This document shows positions 1 to 9,514 of a stretch of 64,000 nucleotides of DNA, one piece after another. The stretch is from Paramoeba atlantica. Its lineage: Eukaryota > Protista > Discosea. The stretch covers positions 1 to 64,000 of the forward strand of contig CDRNVI010000014.1 in assembly GCA_977017575.1 (NCBI GenBank), read 5' to 3'. Every line of letters begins with the position of its first letter. The stretch's first letter is position 1. The notes beneath the pieces are model-generated. The model was not told the DNA's origin. It ran no database searches and saw only the letters and a list, made by a program, of their open reading frames with translations. The position numbers and the translations under genes were made by a program.

Positions 1-1
1 A

Positions 2-88
2 CGTCAATTGCCAACTGCTGATGTATTAAATGCACACGCACAATTATTTGCAGTTGGACAACAATTTGAATTGCTGAAGAATTCTTGA
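2..88 (+). CDS. fmt: 3' end of methionyl-tRNA formyltransferase (partial, runs off window start)
   Basis: Frame from base 2 reads RQLPTADVLNAHAQLFAVGQQFELLKNS*, resembling the Fmt C-terminus. Its TGA (86-88) overlaps the rsmB ATG (88-90), matching the conserved def-fmt-rsmB order. Confidence 0.7.
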   Translation, partial: RQLPTADVLNAHAQLFAVGQQFELLKNS

Positions 89-1413
89 TGATAATAAATA
101 CGCGACTGATTGCTGCACGTATATTAGTTCAAGTGCAACAAGGTAAATCATTAAATAATGCGATAACAACGGTGATAGCTGCCTATTCACAAATAAATCG
201 TGCCGATCGCAGCTTGGTGCAAGAATTAAGTTACGGTGTATTGCGTTGGCATTTACAGCTTGCGTATCTAGCAACACAATTATTAACAAAATCGTTAAAG
301 TCGCGTGATCAAGACGTTTACTACTTAATATTAATTGGATTGTATCAATTAGGCTATCTTAATCAGCCAGATTATGCAGTGATCAATGAAACGGTTAAGG
401 CAGCGACATTACTCAAAAAACCATGGGCAACTGGGTTAATTAATGCAGTATTGCGACGCGTACAACGCCAAGGACAACAGTGGGTAACTCAAACGATTAC
501 TCAAGCTGATCGAACAGTAATGACAGCACATCCTAAATGGTTGCTGGATGCATTAACAGCTGCATGGCCAGCACATATCGACGATATCATTGCAGCTAAT
601 AATGCTAAACCACCATTGGTGTTGCGGATAAACCGTTTACAAATAACGCGCGATGCGTATTTACAACAATTGACTGAATGTAATATTGCAGTAGCCCCGC
701 AAGTGCACTGTGAGGATGGTGTTGTGTTAACTCAAACATTACCTATAGAAACTTTACCGGGTTATGCTGATGGATTATTTGCTGTGCAAGATGGGGCAGC
801 GCAGTTGGCAGCGACGTTATTAAAATTAGATAGCGCCACATCGATGCTGGATGCATGTGCGGCTCCAGGCGGCAAAACAGCACATATGTTGATGATGGCA
901 CCACCATCAACACGTTGTGTTGCTTGGGATAAGGCGCCTGCACGGTTAGCTATGGTTAAGGAGAACTTACAACGATTGCAATTAGTTGATGAGAATCGCA
1001 TTCAATTGCAGGTGATGGATGCGATTAATCCTCAGCAACCCGATCAACTATTTGATCGAATTTTAGTAGATGCACCGTGTTCGGCAACGGGGATCATTCG
1101 TCGTCATCCGGATATTAAACTACATCGTCAACCAACTGATATTGAAGCGCTTACTGCAATCCAATTACGATTATTACAGTCGTTGTGGTCATTATTATTG
1201 CCAGGAGGGTATTTATTGTATGCAACATGTTCTGTATTGCCGCAAGAAAATGTAAATGTTGTACAATCGTTTTTGCAAGATACACAAGATGCGGTGCATG
1301 TGCCGATTGATGTCACATGGGGAATCGCGCAATCCCTAGGACGACAGATTTTGCCAGGTATGCATGATATGGATGGATTTTATTATGCATTATTAACCAA
1401 ACAAGAGGAATGA
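88..1413 (+). CDS. rsmB: 16S rRNA m5C967 methyltransferase RsmB (Sun), intact
   Basis: N-terminal NusB-like region (ELSYGVLR, LINAVLR), SAM motif LDACAAPGGKT, and DAPCSATG and YATCS catalytic cysteines. ATG at 88 preferred over the track's TTG at 85. Confidence 0.97.
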   Translation: MIINTRLIAARILVQVQQGKSLNNAITTVIAAYSQINRADRSLVQELSYGVLRWHLQLAYLATQLLTKSLKSRDQDVYYLILIGLYQLGYLNQPDYAVINETVKAATLLKKPWATGLINAVLRRVQRQGQQWVTQTITQADRTVMTAHPKWLLDALTAAWPAHIDDIIAANNAKPPLVLRINRLQITRDAYLQQLTECNIAVAPQVHCEDGVVLTQTLPIETLPGYADGLFAVQDGAAQLAATLLKLDSATSMLDACAAPGGKTAHMLMMAPPSTRCVAWDKAPARLAMVKENLQRLQLVDENRIQLQVMDAINPQQPDQLFDRILVDAPCSATGIIRRHPDIKLHRQPTDIEALTAIQLRLLQSLWSLLLPGGYLLYATCSVLPQENVNVVQSFLQDTQDAVHVPIDVTWGIAQSLGRQILPGMHDMDGFYYALLTKQEE

Positions 1414-1418
1414 TAATC

Positions 1419-1738
1419 ATGCTAAAAAATATTGCGTTAACGTTTATTGTTATATTGCTGTGTTTGTTGATTGGTAGTTATTGGTTTTTTGCATCGCCCG
1501 TAGCGTTTGCTGCTGGTGTTTGGGGGTGATTGTCGGTTCTGTAGTATTGTTTTGCATTGCTGCGTTACTATTTTTTGTATTAACTGGCATTGGTATTATT
1601 ATTTTAGGCATGTCCTTTTTTATTTGGACGATAATCTTATTGATTTTATTTCCATTCTTATTGCCACTCTTATTACCATTATTGATCGTGTTAATTTTTA
1701 TTTCATTGGTGCGCAAACGACAGTTGCAGAAAAAGTAA
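1419..1738 (+). CDS. Small hydrophobic membrane protein (~106 aa), split by a frameshift at a G5 run (1522-1526)
   Basis: ATG 1419 reads MLKNIALTFIVILLCLLIGSYWFFASPVAFAAGVWG*. Adding one G to the G5 run joins it to the hydrophobic 1481-1738 frame ending RKRQLQKK*. Confidence 0.7.
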
Positions 1739-1752
1739 TAACAATATGCCAG

Positions 1753-2421
1753 TTAATCAAGACAAGCTAATAGCCAATGTCGTAATTGTTTAATTTCATC
1801 GTGACATACTTCATGTGCGATAGGATATGTATTCCACACGACATCATATTTCAATTTTAATAAGTGTTGGTAGCTAGATTTGCCGAATAACAGCGGCACA
1901 ATCGGATCAACGCTACCATGTGCCATAAAAATTGGTGTCAGCTGATTAGTATCTTGATGACCATCATCAATGTATTTTGCTAAGGGTAAATAACTGGATA
2001 ATGCAATTAGTCCAGCTAATGGTTTTGGATAACATAACCCACTATACAGTGCAGTTGCACCGCCTTGTGAAAAGCCACCGATAATAATGCGTTTTGCGGT
2101 GATCCCACTTTGTTGCTGCTGTTTAATCAGTGCGTGGCATTGAGTACAAGCTTGCTTAATTCCAGTTTCATCTTCTGGTGAGTCAATGGTTAATCCTAAA
2201 ATATCAAACCAACCACGCATTGGCATGCCACCGTTTAGGGTAATTGGGCGTACGGGAGCATGTGGAAATATAAAACGAATCGTGTGGTTGTTGGGTAATG
2301 CTAATTCATTCGGTAGTGTACTGAAGTTATGGCCATCAGCACCTAAGCCATGTAGCCAAATTACACACGCATCAGCAGTATTTGGTGGTTCTTGTGTGAT
2401 ATATTCTAGTGGTTGTTGCAT
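1753..2421 (-). CDS. Alpha/beta-hydrolase, phospholipase/carboxylesterase (EstB/acyl-protein thioesterase type)
   Basis: WLHGLGADG, nucleophile GFSQG, AHGSVDPIVP and the C-terminal His (AHEV). ATG 2421 (MQQPLEY) is the likely start; alternatives are 2436 and 2445. Confidence 0.93.
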   Translation of the reverse strand: MQQPLEYITQEPPNTADACVIWLHGLGADGHNFSTLPNELALPNNHTIRFIFPHAPVRPITLNGGMPMRGWFDILGLTIDSPEDETGIKQACTQCHALIKQQQQSGITAKRIIIGGFSQGGATALYSGLCYPKPLAGLIALSSYLPLAKYIDDGHQDTNQLTPIFMAHGSVDPIVPLLFGKSSYQHLLKLKYDVVWNTYPIAHEVCHDEIKQLRHWLLACLD

Positions 2422-2533
2422 AATTAAAGAACTCATTAATATCAAAGTTAATAGTGATCGATTAAATATTATTTAATAATTAACCAATTAAATAAAACAA
2501 CGTTATCAACTAGATTACGTTGCATAGTGTAAA

Positions 2534-2570
2534 AAAGTTCGTCCCTGGACTGAATCCAGGGACGAACTTT
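2534..2570. repeat. Perfect 16-bp inverted repeat with 5-nt loop in a divergent intergenic region
   Basis: AAAGTTCGTCCCTGGA (2534-2549), loop CTGAA, TCCAGGGACGAACTTT (2555-2570). Confidence 0.9.
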
Positions 2571-2643
2571 CTTAAATGTAAGTTGCTGCTATCATCAGCA
2601 CTCAGTATACTGACACACAATTTCATAACAGTGAAGCATTGAC

Positions 2644-2823
2644 ATGATAAATTATCAACAACACAAACGTTGGAACTACTTGACACTAATATTGGTTTGT
2701 TTGCTAAGTATCAGTTGTTTATTGAACTTAACAGGGTGTGGCATGAATGGGAAATTGTATCTACCTGATAACGATCATCCGGCACCAACCAAACCCGATC
2801 CGAATGAACCGACTTGGTTTTGA
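2644..2823 (+). CDS. lptM: Small outer-membrane lipoprotein LptM/YifL/LppL (59 aa; absent from ORF track)
   Basis: MINYQQHKRWNYLTLILVCLLSISCLLNLTGCGMNGKLYLPDNDHPAPTKPDPNEPTWF*. Lipobox LTGC is followed by the family motif CGxxGxLYLP, and the gene lies directly upstream of lysA as in many gammaproteobacteria. Confidence 0.85.
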   Translation: MINYQQHKRWNYLTLILVCLLSISCLLNLTGCGMNGKLYLPDNDHPAPTKPDPNEPTWF

Positions 2824-2850
2824 GTAAATAACATAGCACAGAGGTAAACA

Positions 2851-4104
2851 ATGGATCATTTTAATTATCATGATGGACAACTCTATGCCGAGAATGTTGC
2901 TGTCATTGATATTATCGCTGAATACGGTACACCTTGTTATATTTATTCACGTGCGACCATCGAACGTCATTGGCAAGTGATGAATGATGTGTGTGGACAA
3001 TGGCCACATCAAATTTGTTATGCAGTCAAAGCCAACGATAATTTGGCGGTGTTAGATGTGCTAACTCGGTTAGGATCGGGTTTTGATCTGGTCTCACAAG
3101 GTGAACTAGAACGCGTATTACACGTTGGTGGTGATCCAAACAAGATAGTATTTTCCGGCGTAGGCAAACTAACCACAGAAATACAACGTGCCTTACAGGT
3201 TGGGATCCATTGCTTTAATATTGAATCGGCAGATGAATTAACTCGGATTCAGCAGTGTGCACAATCATTAAATATAATGGCACCAATTGCGGTGCGGATT
3301 AACCCTAATGTTGATGCAAATACCCATCCTTATATTGCAACCGGTCTGCGTGATAGTAAGTTTGGTGTCGCTCCTGATGTGGCTAGACAGTTATATCAAC
3401 GCGCGCAACAACTCTCTCATATCGATATTGTTGGGATAACCTGTCATATTGGTTCGCAGTTAGCCTCATTAACCCCATTTACCGATGCAATGCGTGAGTT
3501 ATTAACGTTTGTTGATGAATTGCAAGGCATGGGGATCACCTTACAACATATCGATATGGGAGGTGGTTTGGGTGTGCCGTATCGTCAAGATGAACAATTG
3601 CCAACGCCCGCAGAATATACACAAGCATTGATCGATCTATTAGCTGATCGTCAATTAACATTACTATTAGAACCAGGTCGGTTGATCATGGCCAATGCGG
3701 GCATTTTAGTCAGTCGTGTAGAATACATTAAAACAACTGATAATAAACGATTTGCGATTATTGATGCTGGGATGAATGATTTATTACGCCCAGCATTGTA
3801 TCAAGCATGGCATGATGTGATCCCGGTGTAGCAATTAGAACGCGAGCAACACACTTATGATATTGTTGGACCGGTGTGTGAAACATCTGATTGTTTTGCG
3901 ACTAAACGTGAATTAGCAATTGCCACAGATGATTATATTGCGATCCGCAGTGTCGGTGCTTATGGTGCATGCATGAGTTCACAATACAATGCCAGAGTGC
4001 GTGCTGCAGAAGTGATGGTTGATGACAAACAAGCGCATTTGATCCGTCGGCGTGAGACTTGGGATGATCTAATGCGGCATGAAACGCCGCTGCCTGCACG
4101 ATGA
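2851..4104 (+). pseudogene. lysA: Diaminopimelate decarboxylase with one in-frame TAG at 3829-3831
   Basis: YAVKAN (PLP lysine), HIGSQ, DMGGG and EPGR motifs. The same frame continues past the stop: DVIPV*QLEREQHTYDIVGPVCETSD...GAYGACMSSQYNAR. Confidence 0.92.
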
Positions 4105-5790
4105 CAACGACGATATCTCACGACTTAACCCACATCAGTGTTAGTACCTTGCGTGGTGTTGGTAAACAAACGATAACCCGTTTACAACAAGCTGGATTGC
4201 ATACATTATTAGATTTAATCTTACATTTACCAATGCGTTACCAAGATCGCACCCGAGTTATTCCGATTGCTGAGTTGATTCCAGGACAATTTGCTGTGAT
4301 CGAAGGCCGTGTATTGTCAGTGCGTCGCACCTTTGGCAAGAAGCCCAGTTGGCATTGCCAAATTGAAGATGAAACCGACAAGGTGACTGCCATTTTTTTT
4401 CATTTGCATTCAGGATTTAACTCAGCAATTAACTAACGGTGCCTTGATACGTTGCTATGCAGATGTTGCTCAAGATAAACATAAACAAGCGTGTATTTTA
4501 TTACACCCTGCCTGTGATATTGCTACCGATCAATTGCCACCGTTAGCCACTGAGTTAACTCCAATCTATCCGCTTACTGAAGGATTAGGTCAAACACGCT
4601 TGCGTGGTTTTATTCAACAGGCAATCACGATATTAAAGTCGAGTCATGAACATGCACTGGAATTATTGCCAGATGAATTACGTCAACAATATCAATGGCC
4701 AGACTTTGTGACAGCGATTAACGCGTTACATCAACCATCAGTTGATGATGATATTCAAGCGATTTTAAATAACCAACATCCAGCGCAGCAACGATTAATT
4801 GTCGAAGAGTTATTAGCTTATCAATTACGATTGCGCGCCTATCGATTACGAATTCGTCAAGCAGCCAGCTATGTGTTAAATGACGATCAAACGGTATTAA
4901 AGCGTTTCATTAAAACATTGCCCTTTGCGTTAACCGAACCACAACAACATGCTATTGATGCAATTGTTGCTGATATTACTAGCAAAACTCCGATGATGCG
5001 TTTGCTACAAGGTGATGTTGGTTCAGGTAAAACCATTGTGGCCGCGTGTGGATTATTGCAAACGGCAATCAGTGGTTATCAAGCAGCATTAATGGCACCA
5101 ACTGAGTTATTAGCTGAGCAATTGTATCAGCAATGTTATGCATGGTTTTCACCATTGAATATCAATGTGGTGTGTTTAACTGGAAAACTAACCACACAAT
5201 CACGTAATCAAGTGTTAGCCTCTATTGCAGAAGGCAGTGCTCAAATTATTGTGGGAACACATGCCCTGTTTCAACAACAAGTCACCTTTGCCAAATTGGC
5301 GTTTATTTGCATTGATGAACAACATCGTTTTGGGGTGAAGCAACGATTAGCCTTATATGACAAAGGCAAAACGGGACACGTTAAACCACATCAATTAGTG
5401 ATGAGTGCTACACCCATACCGCGTACATTAGCCATGCTGCATTATGCTGATTTAGATTGTTCGATTTTAGATGCATTGCCACCGGCACGATTGCCAATTA
5501 AAACCCTTGTTTTAGCAAATACACGTCGTGATGAAGTCATTCAACGTGTTAACAAATTGTGTGCACAAGGCCAACAAGTGTATTGGGTGTGTCCATTGAT
5601 TGATGAATCAGAGACATTGCAATGTGAGACCGTTGATATGATTGCCAACACATTGCAAACACAATTACCAGCATTGCGTGTTGCGGTTGTTCATGGTCGT
5701 ATTGATAATGATGAAAAATCTCAAATCATGTATGCCTTTCAGCAAGGTGATATCGATATTTTAGTGGCAACAACGGTGATTGAAGTGGGT
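4101..5790 (+). pseudogene. recG: ATP-dependent DNA helicase RecG, +1 frameshift between ~4393 and 4433, truncated at ~5790
   Basis: DLILHLPMRYQDRT, QGDVGSGKT, DEQHRFGV, MSATPIPRTL and VATTVIEVG motifs. The conserved continuation (VDVPNA...QLRGRVGR) is missing and replaced by ARY*. Confidence 0.93.
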
Positions 5791-6112
5791 GCAAGATACT
5801 GAATAGTAAATAGGAGGGGGGACGGTAATATTCCTGGTAGGAATAATACGAGGGTATAGGAATATTAACCCGGAGTGGTTTAATTTTTTTAGGATACATT
5901 TCGACTGCATTTCATCAAAATTTCATTTCACTAAAAGTAACGAGAACGTGTACATCTCAAAATTCTGAACTGATAAGAGGGTGTATAAAATTGCTTAACT
6001 CCTGAATATCTAGGAGTGATCTTTTTCGGGGCACTGCATTTTTACTTTGAGCCGCACCCGCTCGCACCGATCCCGGTTCACCCCTCTTAGTCGTTTCATT
6101 AGTGTATATTGT

Positions 6113-6559
6113 ATGTCTCGTAAGTTTAAGCCTTCGCGCGCTAAGCTAATTAGGTGCAGCACAGCGCGCATGGTTCTCGTGAATGCATCTGTGAAGCCTA
6201 CTACCTTAAAGACTTATGAGCGAGTTTTGAATCCCCTTGAAAGCTTCCTAAAGAGGGTGAGAAAAGTCAAGAGTATTAAAATCGAGACGTGTTCAGAGGA
6301 AGAGTTCATGTCATTTCTTGTGGAATGGTACAATCAAGGCATGTGCTCACCTGCAGGTATTTGGAGTGCACTAATATTTGTGAAACGACGTGCAGGACAC
6401 GAATGCTCGTGGCTGCTTTCTGACATATTAAAAAAGATGCTCAAGGGAGCTGGAAGTAGAGGAACACATGAAATTCGTGGAGCAGAAATTACCCCTCTTA
6501 GCTTTTATTTCGGGCATCAATTTTTGGGTTCAAAAATAGGAAGAATTGGACACAAATGA
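6113..6559 (+). mobile_element. Fragment of a tyrosine recombinase (N-terminal core-binding region) of a DIRS/VIPER-type element
   Basis: NASVKPTTLKTYERVLNPLESFL...FMSFLVEW...WSALIF...ILKKMLKG resembles the N-terminal region of DIRS-group recombinases. The catalytic half is absent. Confidence 0.55.
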
Positions 6560-6880
6560 ATTCTCTGTGTATTTAAGGCGTGTTGGTGAGCTCAAGAGTG
6601 TTTAAAAAGTGAAACAAAAAAACATAGTTTTTTATAGTTTTAAAAAACGTTTATAGTAACTATATAGTACTATATTGATAGTTTTATAGTTTCTGCGAAC
6701 CCTGAAAAAAAACGTTTTAATGAATACAACATAAAGAGGTTCATAAATTGAACATAAAGACTCTTCATACACATAAAGAGTGTACACATCAAGAGTGTAG
6801 ATCAGATAGATATGAAATATTGGATGCACTGTAAGTTTTATTTATAAGTTTAAATTTTCCCTAATTTCGAAACGTTTGAT

Positions 6881-7495
6881 TTAAGTTTTTAGTATTCCAT
6901 TACTCACCGTAACTCGCGTCCATTCAACATTATAGCACAAATTCTTTAGTACGCCATCTACATCCAAGTAACCTTCCAAGTTTATGTTACGATTCAAATA
7001 TAACTCTCTCAAAGTTAGCGGGAGTGAAGAAAAATCAACACAGCCACCAAATTCGTTGTGACCGAATGCGATTTGCTTTAGCATGGGCGGCAAATTACAC
7101 AGGTTTGGGGTTCCCGTAAATTGGTTGCTAGATAAAGTAATAGTTTTTAATGTTCTAGGAAAAGCTTCAAAAGGAAAATTTCCCGAAAACTCATTGTCAT
7201 GAAGAAGTAGAGCCACCAATGTGACGGGCAAATATTTCAGATTCAGTTCACCACGAAGATTTAAATACGACCAATCTATATAGACCACCTTGCCAGCTTT
7301 ATCGCATTCGACACCATCCCATTCATCCGCTGGTGTATTCGTGCTCCAGGTAGAGTCAAGATTCTCTACCTTTTGTAAGAGCCGCATTAAATCATATTCC
7401 GCGGGTAGCGACGCTCCAGTAACCTTACCTGGACGTACAGTCGGTTGCGCATCTGATGCCAGGGATGTGCGTACCAGAGACATGAAAAATAGCAT
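6881..7495 (-). CDS. LRR protein (204 aa), N-cap plus 23-aa LRRs
   Basis: LPAEYDL...W...W.GV.C cap followed by LPxxLxxLxLxxNxFxG repeats. Confidence 0.9.
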   Translation of the reverse strand: MLFFMSLVRTSLASDAQPTVRPGKVTGASLPAEYDLMRLLQKVENLDSTWSTNTPADEWDGVECDKAGKVVYIDWSYLNLRGELNLKYLPVTLVALLLHDNEFSGNFPFEAFPRTLKTITLSSNQFTGTPNLCNLPPMLKQIAFGHNEFGGCVDFSSLPLTLRELYLNRNINLEGYLDVDGVLKNLCYNVEWTRVTVSNGILKT

Positions 7496-8104
7496 ATAGA
7501 ATAGCTTGTAGAAAACACAAAGAATAAAAAGAGATACTGCGTTTTACGACAAACATTACTATTACGCCTAAAACACTGCCAGAGAATGGAAAAGTCTGTG
7601 GAAAAGAATCAAGATCGAATACATTTTTAGTGTGATCTCGGATACTAAGATTAGTAGTGTATGAGAATCAGTGATACAGATAACGAAAAAGGTAGCAAAA
7701 ACATTCATTTACAACGAAAAACACTTAATTGCAATCTGAAATAACATTTATTAGAATTAATAGGACCAAAAACAGTTCCGAAACGTTCACTTAAAATATT
7801 CAAAAAACGCTAGAAGAAAACACCGATTTTAAACGAACTCCGTAAACAGAACAAGGATTTCTCAATTAAAAGTAGACAATATTCATTCATTCGAATAATA
7901 AGTAATAGAAACCAGGGTGATCTACCTCCAAAACGCAAACAACATTTAAAACGAACTGTAAAAATACCAGTAGGATAAGTGACTGTCGTAACAAGAACAG
8001 AAATTTAAGAAAAAAATGCCTTAAAATCTATCCCAACCCCTTTTCACCACATTACATCAACCTTCCCCCCTCATTCTTTCCCCTCTCCCCTGGCTGTTAC
8101 TCAT

Positions 8105-9153
8105 TTACGATTTCAACAGCCCATTTTCCACCGCGCACTGCTTCACCACCTCCGTGCAGTACGGCGCCAACTCCTCCCGCTCCATCGAGTTCAAATCCTT
8201 GAACCCGCTGATTTTGCCGAAACAAAACAGCCGGGCGGGGGAGATACTCGGGGAGAGGGACCCCGCGCGGGTCTGGGACCCTTTCCGTTTCCGTGGTGGG
8301 GTCATGTCCGGGGGGACGGACCCGATCACAGCCCCGGTGGTCATGTCCTGGGCCGCACACACACACTCGAAGGGCTCATCCATGGCGTACTCCGTGGTGA
8401 GGTAGTTGAAACTCAACACCTCCCCGGCGGGAATCGCCGCAATCGTAATCACCCGAAGCACATAGGGGTGGGCGACCATAAAATCTTTGGTCTCATTTCT
8501 AGGCGTCCCGTTTTCGTTCTTCTCCCCCCCTCTTGGGCAGAACTTTCCTCTTTTTTCTGTTCCGGAATCTCACACTCCGGTTCCCCTTTTAATTTTTCAA
8601 TCACCACCTTGGTGTTGGGGCGGCAACTGTGGGCCAGGAACTCGGATCCCCCATAGGGGTTCATGTGGAGCTCCTTGGTGACTTGAATGGTAAATACCGT
8701 CGCGTAGGGGAGGATGGGTCCACGGAGCGTGTAGATCTCCTCGTTCTCCGCGAGATCCACCGCAGCGACCGGAGAGATCCCCATGGGACCTCGACGAAGC
8801 GCGACTTTGTCGGGGTACTTGTTAAAATTCGCCAGGGAGATTTTGGTTTGGCTTTTAGGGGTTGTTTCGCAGGTTGTGTTGTTCTCCTCGGCGGATTTGG
8901 CCATCTTACGTGCAGGGCTTTTACATTCTGTATTTTTTAAAGGAGACTCGGAGGTTTCGGCGGAGGTGTCTACTTTCTCTTCTTCAGGGGTCTCGTTCGC
9001 CATGGAGGCAATCTCACGACGGAGCTCGGTGGAGCAGTAGGGGATAACCGCAATGCGAAAGTCGCAGGAGAGATTGAGGAATTTTTCCACGGTCATGGAT
9101 TGTGCCTCCTTGAGGAGTTCATGGGGGGTAGGTAGGGTCTCGGTAGAGGTCAT
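8105..9153 (-). CDS. SET-domain protein with post-SET cysteines (~349 aa), frameshifted at a 7-nt G run (8524-8530)
   Basis: FLAHSCRPN (NHSC-like) is in one frame; LRVITIAAIPAGEVLSFNYLTTE...FECVC...CFGKISGF is in the other. One extra G fuses them (QEGG-EKNENGTPRNETKDFMVAHPY). Confidence 0.85.
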
Positions 9154-9514
9154 GGAGTTGAAGGGAAGAGTAGCAAGAAAACGGTACTAAAAATAATAAA
9201 AAAGAATTCGAATAGGTATAAAACATGGAAATGAAGGAAAGAGACGAAATACCGTGAGACGCTTCTGGTTCATATCAAATCTGCATGAAATTTCCGTACT
9301 GTGTGAAAGAGTTTTAGATTAATCAAGAGAACAAAGAACTAATTTAGCTCTAAGTAGATGTACTCTAAGTAGTTCTCAATAGATTAAGCACAGTATTAAG
9401 TGCTACTAGAAAATATATTTCATGCATACGTAGGATATTACGAAGAATACGTGCATGAAGATCAAGATTGCCAACACGAAGTTTCAATTTGGAAGCGGTT
9501 CACATGGTCCCAGT

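Noticed and set aside
5811-5850. GGACGGTA next to the bacterial junction resembling MULE/MITE termini
   Set aside because: Only 8 bp match and no partner end or TSD was found, so it cannot support transposon-mediated capture.
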